DNA of 64,000 nucleotides from Candidatus Aldehydirespirator sp. (GTDB lineage Bacteria; Actinomycetota; Acidimicrobiia; Acidimicrobiales; Aldehydirespiratoraceae): NCBI GenBank assembly GCA_965220345.1, contig OZ244822.1, positions 1,222,669 to 1,286,668 of the forward strand, read 5' to 3'. Shown piece by piece: positions 57,730 to 64,000 of this stretch (position 1 is its first letter; each line of letters starts with the position of its first letter). The notes under the pieces were generated by a model. It saw only the letters and a program-made list of their open reading frames with translations, ran no database searches and was not told where the DNA came from. The position numbers and the translations under genes were made by a program.

Positions 57730-60700
57730 TTAGCCGTCATTGAAACCCATTGTGCAAACAATGCTGGGTTCGGCATCGGCACCGTCGGCTGAGGGCGGCA
57801 TACAAAGACGGTTGTCGTTGTGAAGGTCTACCACTAGGGCGGCGAGGTCATCCACGCTTCTTTCGCGCAAAGCTCTTGACAGGAGCTGAGTGGCCGAGTC
57901 ATAAAGCGGGCGTTCGTTCATGGTGTCGTGAGCCGCTGACAGATCAGCCTTTGTGAACAGCAGATTGTCGGCCAGGTTGTTCATCTGCTCGTGAAGCCTG
58001 CGCCAAACTTTGCCTCTCACGCCTTGAAGAGCACCAGTGGCGCGCCCAGATGGGGTTCGTAGCGGTCCGCCCAGTGCTGCTGCGGTCAGGTCGTGATGAT
58101 CGGCTAGGCGTGGCGCACAAGCAGTGTCGGGTTGGCATTCGGCGAGACGCAACGCTTCTTGAGGAGTGACACGCCGTGCTTGTCCGCTGAGTTCCACGAA
58201 CGCAAAAGCGTCGGAACCAGCCACGCTTTGCGTGTGGACTAGCACACCGCTGCTGGCCTTGTTGCCGTCTCCGAGATCGCTGCTGTCCCCGAGCCTGCTG
58301 TCCCTGAGGTCACTGTCCCCGAGACTTCTGCTGGCAGCTTTGTTGTCGGCGGTGACGTGTTTGGTGGAATAGACGATGTTGGGCAGCGAAGCCACTTGCT
58401 TGGCAATGTCGGGATGGTTGCGTTCGGCGTGTCGCCAGATCTCATATGCCATCGACACTGGATCAACTTCCTCGGCTGCTGTCGCGTCTGGCCCGTAGGC
58501 GGAATGCTCGTCGTAGACACCAGAGATGATCTGACGCTCGCTCGGATCGCCGAGAAAGGTCTCATCTGAGCCAAGCAGTCGAGCGTTGTCACCGAGACGC
58601 TGGCGGATACGACCCCGCAGGTTGATCTCATCTTCGATTGATTCTGCTGGCAGCAGTGTGTAGATCAGCACCTCGGGCGAGTTCTGTCCGATACGGTCAA
58701 CGCGTCCGGCTCGCTGCACAAGCTTGACAATGGCCCACGGCAGGTCATAGTTGACAATGATGTGAGCGTCTTGGAGGTTCTGACCCTCCGACAGCACATC
58801 GGTGGATACCAGCACTCGTATTTCGTCGGTGGTCGTGGTGCTGTCAGCGGGTGTCTCGCCAGGGCCGCTGCCGTTACTGGCTATGCCAGAGTCGCTGCCT
58901 GTAGTGGCGATGTTGTTGGATTTGGGCGAGAATCGCCGTGCCAGCGCTGTCGGGTTTTCGGAGTCGCCAGTTACCACGCTCACAGCTTCGACCCCTCGAC
59001 GCAACAACTCTTCTCTCACGTAATGGGCAGTGTCGGCGGCTTCGGTGAAGATCAGCACCTTGGCATCGGGATAACGGTCGGTGAGCAGCCTCTCTAACGC
59101 GTTGATCTTGCCGTCACGCTGAGAATCCCAGGCACCGAAACGCTCAAGCATTTCTTCGATGACTTCGGCATCGTGGCGCAGGTCTTGCGCTAAACCGTCA
59201 GCGAACATTTGGTGAGGTGCCCAGCGGATCGCTTTGGGGTTCTTAGCTCGCAGCTTGTCATAAGCGCTGGCTGCGGTGTCTTCAGCCGAATCAAAAAAGC
59301 CTGTGGCATCGCCGTGTTCGCTGCTGTCTTCAGGGTCGGTGTCCACTTCGGCGGCCCATAACGCATTGTCAACTGAGCCGATAGGCACAGGCAGGTGATT
59401 ATCAAGAGCATGCACAACCACCAGGTTGCGCAGTCGGTGACGACGCAGTGTCGCAGTGAACGCAGGCCCCGAAGACGACAAACGTTTGAACATGGTCACT
59501 CTGGTGAAGCCCATCAGGTTGCCTCGCGAGGCTTTCTCTAGATCGTCTACCAGTCGGCGTTCGGCTGGGTCAGCGGGTTCGAAGTCGGTGCAGATGTAAT
59601 GGCCGAGCCGGTAGCGGGGCAAAAGCATGTCGCGGATCGCGTCAAGCGTGTCGTCTGAAGCCATCGCATGGGCTGGGTCGTCTTCGTCAAGCGCCCGTTC
59701 GATGGGTTCAGCGATCCGTTTAGGGAAGTAGAAGCGTTTACCGGTGCCGAACTCCAGATAGCGGCGGCCTTGCTCGTCTACATCGGCGTAGTTGTCTTCC
59801 ACGAAGCGGCGGGTCCGGCGAACCAGATACTGCGACATAAGCGCTTGCCAGTCACCGAGATGCTCCGACCGTTTGAACGCACCCAGCGTGGAGGTTCGCC
59901 CATCGCAGGCCAACGCAAATTCTGCTTCGCCAGCTTCGGCTATAGCCCGTTCGGGGCGCAACTGCAGGTCGGTGTCGGATCGGATAAACAAAGACAATTG
60001 CGAAGCGAGATCACCAAGCGCCTTGTTATAAGGTGTGGCGGTCAACAGCAGCACCCGCGAGTCGTTGTCGGCGATATAGCTATGTAGCACGCTGTGGTCG
60101 CGGCGCTTATCGCTTCTGAGGTTGTGTGCCTCATCAATGATTACTAGCCGGTAGCGGCGAGCATCAGGCAAAGTTTGATGCACCATCGATAGAGACTCGA
60201 CTTTGCCGCGCACTTCGTATTCGTGCAGATACGACTCCCACATTTCGGTGAGGTTTTTGGGGCACACCACCAGCGTCTCGAAGCCCTGATCTTCTTGCAG
60301 TAGACGTGCCACGGCTGTGCCCACAAGAGTCTTGCCGAGCCCGACCACATCACCGATCATGGCACCGCCTTTGCTCATGATGATGCGCGCCGCGATCTTC
60401 ACTGCTGCGGCCTGAAAGTCCAGCAACTTGTCTTTCATTGAGGCAGGTAGGCCGTATTCGATAAGCCCTTCGCGGGCTTCCTTGGAGAGATGCCAAGCCA
60501 TCTTCAGATACACCAAAAACGGGTCAAGCTGATCTTTCGATGCCCACGACTCGTTCAGCGTTTCGGCTAGTTCGGGCATCGCATCCACAGTGAACGGATC
60601 GTTCCAGCGGTCCTCGAACCAGCGGGACAGCTTGTCGGTGGCATCGCCGTCCACCACGTCCACGTTCAGCTCGCCTTGTTCACGTAGCCCCGCCACTGTC

Positions 60701-61188
60701 ATATTCGATGACCCCACATAACCGACGCGAGGCGCGGCGCTGTCATCACGATGACACAAATAAAGCTTGGCGTGAAGCCGGTGCGCAGTGTGCAGGCGAA
60801 CCTGCACGTCACCGTCGTTGATTTGGCGTAGCAGAGCCCGCAGCGTTGTCTCATCACCTTCGCTGGGCAGGCCGATCTGTAGTTGATCACGGTATTCCGA
60901 GATTGTCTCGGTTTTGAGACGGGCAGCTGTGCGGTTGTCGATTAGTTCGCTTTGGCGCATCCGAGTCAGTCGACGCATTTCTTCTCGGGGTGTTTCATGG
61001 ATGCCGACTAGCACACGAGCCTTTGGTGTTCCAGGTCGCTTTGGTAGGGCATCCACTGCGTCGGTCAGCAGCTTCCAGCCCCGCAAATTGAAATAGCCGA
61101 TGCCCGCGTCAAGCCGATACGACGTACTTAGCGTTCGCAGCAGTTCGGTTTCGGTGTCGCGCTCAATGTTGTCAAGGATCAGTGGCAT
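57730..61188 (-). CDS. PLD-nuclease / SNF2-helicase fusion protein
   Basis: The true start MPLILDNIERD at 61188 follows an AGGAGG at 61195-61200. PLD HKD motif: HAKLYLC...GSSNMT. SNF2 motifs: DVVGLGKT (motif I), LVIIDEAHNLR (motif II). Helicase C: STDVLSEGQNLQD...QRAGRVDRIGQ. The C-terminal ~330 aa are unassigned. Confidence 0.85.
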   Translation of the reverse strand: MPLILDNIERDTETELLRTLSTSYRLDAGIGYFNLRGWKLLTDAVDALPKRPGTPKARVLVGIHETPREEMRRLTRMRQSELIDNRTAARLKTETISEYRDQLQIGLPSEGDETTLRALLRQINDGDVQVRLHTAHRLHAKLYLCHRDDSAAPRVGYVGSSNMTVAGLREQGELNVDVVDGDATDKLSRWFEDRWNDPFTVDAMPELAETLNESWASKDQLDPFLVYLKMAWHLSKEAREGLIEYGLPASMKDKLLDFQAAAVKIAARIIMSKGGAMIGDVVGLGKTLVGTAVARLLQEDQGFETLVVCPKNLTEMWESYLHEYEVRGKVESLSMVHQTLPDARRYRLVIIDEAHNLRSDKRRDHSVLHSYIADNDSRVLLLTATPYNKALGDLASQLSLFIRSDTDLQLRPERAIAEAGEAEFALACDGRTSTLGAFKRSEHLGDWQALMSQYLVRRTRRFVEDNYADVDEQGRRYLEFGTGKRFYFPKRIAEPIERALDEDDPAHAMASDDTLDAIRDMLLPRYRLGHYICTDFEPADPAERRLVDDLEKASRGNLMGFTRVTMFKRLSSSGPAFTATLRRHRLRNLVVVHALDNHLPVPIGSVDNALWAAEVDTDPEDSSEHGDATGFFDSAEDTAASAYDKLRAKNPKAIRWAPHQMFADGLAQDLRHDAEVIEEMLERFGAWDSQRDGKINALERLLTDRYPDAKVLIFTEAADTAHYVREELLRRGVEAVSVVTGDSENPTALARRFSPKSNNIATTGSDSGIASNGSGPGETPADSTTTTDEIRVLVSTDVLSEGQNLQDAHIIVNYDLPWAIVKLVQRAGRVDRIGQNSPEVLIYTLLPAESIEDEINLRGRIRQRLGDNARLLGSDETFLGDPSERQIISGVYDEHSAYGPDATAAEEVDPVSMAYEIWRHAERNHPDIAKQVASLPNIVYSTKHVTADNKAASRSLGDSDLRDSRLGDSSDLGDGNKASSGVLVHTQSVAGSDAFAFVELSGQARRVTPQEALRLAECQPDTACAPRLADHHDLTAAALGGPLRTPSGRATGALQGVRGKVWRRLHEQMNNLADNLLFTKADLSAAHDTMNERPLYDSATQLLSRALRERSVDDLAALVVDLHNDNRLCMPPSADGADAEPSIVCTMGFNDG

Positions 61189-61226
61189 GTTCGTCCTCCT
61201 TGTCGTTCTACTCGCAGTTGGCAGCG

Positions 61227-61691
61227 TTGTTGTGCGATTCCTGCATTGGTTGCCGTGCGAAACCAGCATTGACTGGCGTGCGATACCAACATCCGATGCC
61301 GTGCAAAACCTGCATCGAATGCTGTGCTAAAACGACATTGATTGCTGTGCAAAAACTGCATTGACTGTTGTGCGATCACAGCATTGAGTGTTGTGCTAAA
61401 ACTGCATTGATTGTTGTGCGATACCAACATCAGGTGCTGTGCAAAACCGGCATTGATTGTTGTGCGATACCAACATCAGGTGCTGTGCAAAAACTGCATT
61501 GACTGTTGTGCTACAACTGCATTGGCTGGCGTGCGAAACCTGCATCGACTGTTGTGCGATACCAACATCAGGTGCTGTGCTAAAACCGCATTGACTGGCG
61601 TGCGAAAACTGCATTGACTGTTGTGCGATAACAGCAGCCAGCTTCGTGCGGTAACTGCATTCGATCTTGTGCAAAAATTGCATAAGTATAA
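61227..61691. repeat. Array of 20 directly abutting 23-bp repeats (approximate consensus GYTGTGCRAWAACYGCATTGAYT)
   Basis: GTGC anchors lie at 61232 + 23n for n = 0..19 (through 61669) with no indel. There are no spacers. Confidence 0.95.
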
Positions 61692-61713
61692 GATTCCATG
61701 TTATTATGGATGC

Positions 61714-62943
61714 ATGTCTACCTATCTGGAGCGCATCGCCGATGTTCGCTTGGCTCAGATCTTGGCTGCGTCGCCAGCTGTCATCATCACGGGTGCGAGG
61801 GGTTGCGGCAAGACGACCACAGCCCTGCGCCATGCAGCTAGCGTCATCCGGCTTGACACCCCTCGTGCAGCCGCCACCGTTGAAGCCGACCCCGACGCTG
61901 CGCTTCGGGATCAAGACGAACCTTTGCTGCTTGATGAATGGCAGGTCTGTCCGTCGGTTGTGGGTGCTGTCAAGCGAGCCGTCGACACTGAGCGACGACC
62001 GGGAAGGTTCATCCTTACAGGCTCGGCACGCTTTGATACCGATACAGGTTTGTGGCCTGGCATAGGACGCCTGATCCGCATCGCTATGCACCCGATGACG
62101 GTGCGCGAGCAGATGGGGCATCCAGATACCCCCTTCTTCAGCAGGCTGCTGGCACCCGAGCGGCCTCGTTTCCATGTGGATGCCCCCGATTTGCGTGACT
62201 ACGTGGAGATTGCACTGCGAGGAGGTTTCCCCGAGCCGGTGCTTGAACTTGACGGCAGCGAACGCGAAGAATGGCTTGAGAGCTACGTCGCCCAACTGCT
62301 GCTGCATGAGCGAGCACAGGGACGCAACGGTGCCGACTACGCCCGACTGGCGGCTTTCTTTGAGGCGTATGCGACTAGCTCGGCTGGTTTGGTGCATGAT
62401 GCGACTCTGGCCAAAGTCGTGGAGATTGACAGTCGCACCGTCGGGTCTTACACACGGCTCTTGATCGACATGGGTGTAGTGGCGGAGTTGCCAGCATGGT
62501 CGAACAACCGGCTCAAGCGCCTCGCCCGTATGCCGAAACGCCATGTGACCGACACAGGATTGTGGGCTTCTGCCATTGGCGCTGACATAGACCTTGTCAT
62601 GAGCGACGGTGATTTGTTGGGACAATTGATCGACACTTTTGTCACGAACCAGCTGCGAGTTGAGGCTGAGTTCGATCCGCTGCGCCCCCGGCTGCGCCAT
62701 CTGCGTGACCGCAACGGTCGCTTCGAAGTGGACTTGATTGTTGACTTGCGAGCACGCGGGATCATCGGAGTAGAGATCAAGGCACAAGGCGCTATTAAGG
62801 CTGCTCACGCTAAGCATCTCATGTGGCTGCGTGACGAACTCGGAGACAAGTTCCTTGCCGGAGTGGTGTTTCACACTGGTCCTAACTGGTTCACTCTCAG
62901 CGACCGCATCGAAGCCATCCCGATTTGCGCCCTCTGGCACTGA
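61714..62943 (+). CDS. AAA_14 ATPase with C-terminal DUF4143 (PD-(D/E)xK-like) domain
   Basis: P-loop ITGARGCGKTT, Walker B LLLDEWQ, and the C-terminal FEVDLIVD...GVEIKA nuclease-like motif. The ATG at 61714 is in frame within the longer track ORF. Confidence 0.85.
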   Translation: MSTYLERIADVRLAQILAASPAVIITGARGCGKTTTALRHAASVIRLDTPRAAATVEADPDAALRDQDEPLLLDEWQVCPSVVGAVKRAVDTERRPGRFILTGSARFDTDTGLWPGIGRLIRIAMHPMTVREQMGHPDTPFFSRLLAPERPRFHVDAPDLRDYVEIALRGGFPEPVLELDGSEREEWLESYVAQLLLHERAQGRNGADYARLAAFFEAYATSSAGLVHDATLAKVVEIDSRTVGSYTRLLIDMGVVAELPAWSNNRLKRLARMPKRHVTDTGLWASAIGADIDLVMSDGDLLGQLIDTFVTNQLRVEAEFDPLRPRLRHLRDRNGRFEVDLIVDLRARGIIGVEIKAQGAIKAAHAKHLMWLRDELGDKFLAGVVFHTGPNWFTLSDRIEAIPICALWH

Positions 62944-63038
62944 GCCCGACCTAATCCCGCTACTGATGCCTTGCTGCGCTCGACAGGATTAGGGTCTGAA
63001 GCCCAGATAGCAGTTCTTCTTGCGTTAGCTTTGGTGCT

Positions 63039-63701
63039 GTGACACAACTTCTGACTGCTGATGTCGAGCATCCCTCTGACACGGCCGCGCGCCTGTCGAA
63101 GGGGATTTACTCGTTCCCGCAGGCGGCGGACATCGTGGGACGGCGCAACGGTGTCCCTCGTGAGCAGCTGCGGCGCTGGCTGGCGGTGGTTGTCGCTCCG
63201 ACGGGCAGTGCTCACTCCATTGAGACGATCAGCTTTCTTGATCTGGTGAGCCTGGAGGCGGTGTGTCGTTTTCGCGATCAGGGAACCTCGCTGCAGAAGG
63301 TACGCAAAGTGCTTGAGGCTTTGCGTGCAGCTGAGCCGAATGTTGCATCGCCGTTGGCTCATCGCAGCTTTTTCACTGATGGGGTAAACGTCTGGGCTGA
63401 CATGGTGGGCAACACCGAAGAGATCGTCGGGCGCAATCGGCATCAGATGGCGTTCCGGGGTGCCGTGAAGACTTTCGCAGAGGAGATCCGTTTCGTTGAA
63501 GATGTAGCGGCAGCTTGGGACATCTCGCCGTGGGTTGGTATTGACCCTCGTGTCTGTTTCGGGGCACCGGTGGTTCGTGGCACTCGCATTCCTGTGAAGA
63601 CGATCACAGCCAACCTGGAGGTTGCCACAGCCGAAGAAGTCGCCGACTGGTACGAACTGAGCGTCCGTCAGGTGAGAGGCGTTGACAAGTTCTGCACCTA
63701 A
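63039..63701 (+). CDS. DUF433 domain protein with N-terminal HTH-like region (VapB45-class antitoxin-like architecture)
   Basis: The C-terminus IDPRVCFGAPVVRGTRIPVKTI...EVADWYELSVRQV is the DUF433 pattern. The N-terminal ~100 aa look like a DNA-binding module. GTG start. Confidence 0.65.
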   Translation: MTQLLTADVEHPSDTAARLSKGIYSFPQAADIVGRRNGVPREQLRRWLAVVVAPTGSAHSIETISFLDLVSLEAVCRFRDQGTSLQKVRKVLEALRAAEPNVASPLAHRSFFTDGVNVWADMVGNTEEIVGRNRHQMAFRGAVKTFAEEIRFVEDVAAAWDISPWVGIDPRVCFGAPVVRGTRIPVKTITANLEVATAEEVADWYELSVRQVRGVDKFCT

Positions 63702-63738
63702 CAGGTCGTTTGAGGCTGGATCGGTAGCCTTCATCGCT

Positions 63739-64000
63739 CTAGTCTTTGTTGCCGAAGACCATGCGGTCACGCAGGTTGCCAGCTGCCTCGAATGCATCCT
63801 CAATGCCCCAGGCTTTCGCTAGCAGCCAGTCGGCCTTGTCAGTCAGATGACGCAGTTTGAGCATGTTGTAGCGGCCTACTTTGACACCTGCGTTCGTTTG
63901 CCATGCGAGATGTTTGGGCATCTCATTCTGGAGGGTTCTTGACAGCTCCAGTAAAATCACGAGTTCCATGTCACCCGGTACGCGCTGAGCAAGCCGTTCG
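63739..64000 (-). CDS. 3' end of a gene truncated by the window edge (function unassigned)
   Basis: The reading frame stays open to position 64000 (…ERLAQRVPGDMELVILLELSR…MVFGNKD*). I cannot assign the terminal helices with confidence. Confidence 0.45.
   Translation of the reverse strand, partial: ERLAQRVPGDMELVILLELSRTLQNEMPKHLAWQTNAGVKVGRYNMLKLRHLTDKADWLLAKAWGIEDAFEAAGNLRDRMVFGNKD

Noticed and set aside
61189-61269. N-terminal extension of the PLD-SNF2 ORF (MLVSHGNQCRNRTTTLPTASRTTRRTN)
   Set aside because: It lies inside the repeat array. A strong AGGAGG precedes the internal ATG at 61188, where the PLD domain sequence begins.
61227-61691. Possible CRISPR array
   Set aside because: The 23-bp units abut directly with no unique spacers. 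The unit is shorter than typical CRISPR repeats, and no cas genes are present. It is reported as a tandem repeat array instead.
61396-62940. 514-aa ORF on the minus strand
   Set aside because: It is fully antisense to the well-supported AAA/DUF4143 gene. Its C-terminal part is just a translation of the 23-bp array, and it has no recognisable motifs. It is a GC-rich shadow ORF.

Overview
The window is moderately GC-rich bacterial chromosome. Its lipoproteins carry long Thr/Ala/Pro linkers, which suggests a monoderm, actinobacterium-like host; taxonomy cannot be settled from the sequence alone.

Core content:
- 2.6-9.4 kb: a cobalamin-riboswitch-led B12 uptake and salvage operon (btuF-like binding protein, permease, ATPase, cobO, cobU, cobT, cobS).
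- 12.9-29.3 kb: a homoprotocatechuate-type (hpa) meta-cleavage cluster broken up by toxin-antitoxin modules and an ~8.5 kb island.
- 42-48.4 kb: glnS plus livFGMH.
- Also a TPP enzyme, FAH enzymes, a thioesterase, aroK/aroQ, a stand-alone LigD polymerase domain and a TlpA-like thioredoxin.

Accessory content, the most interesting first:
1. 57.7-64 kb holds a PLD-SNF2 fusion gene transcribed divergently from an AAA/DUF4143 ATPase gene. The space between them is filled by a perfectly phased array of 20 x 23-bp direct repeats. A DUF433 antitoxin-like gene follows.
2. 20.5-25.2 kb is a 1554-aa NO VEIN-like protein (sacsin-type GHKL ATPase plus DUF3883). It sits beside an AbiE module with a frameshifted toxin, inside the island that splits hpaF from hpaE. 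The island's right edge carries gene remnants and 27-bp repeats.
3. 9.6-12.0 kb is an unrecognisable, translationally coupled two-gene cassette whose second protein has a PD-(D/E)xK-like motif.
4. 29.4-41.9 kb is a 4165-aa secreted subtilisin/P-domain protein with 27 Calx-beta-like domains. Five copies of an unassigned ~90-aa module are interleaved, and near-identical 894/1212-bp higher-order DNA repeats encode part of it.
5. 53.1-54.3 kb has three tandem retropepsin-like protease genes.
6. 55.5-56.9 kb encodes a PT-TG (pre-toxin) domain protein.

All family assignments rest on motif recognition by eye in the supplied translations. No database search was possible, and start codons are best guesses.
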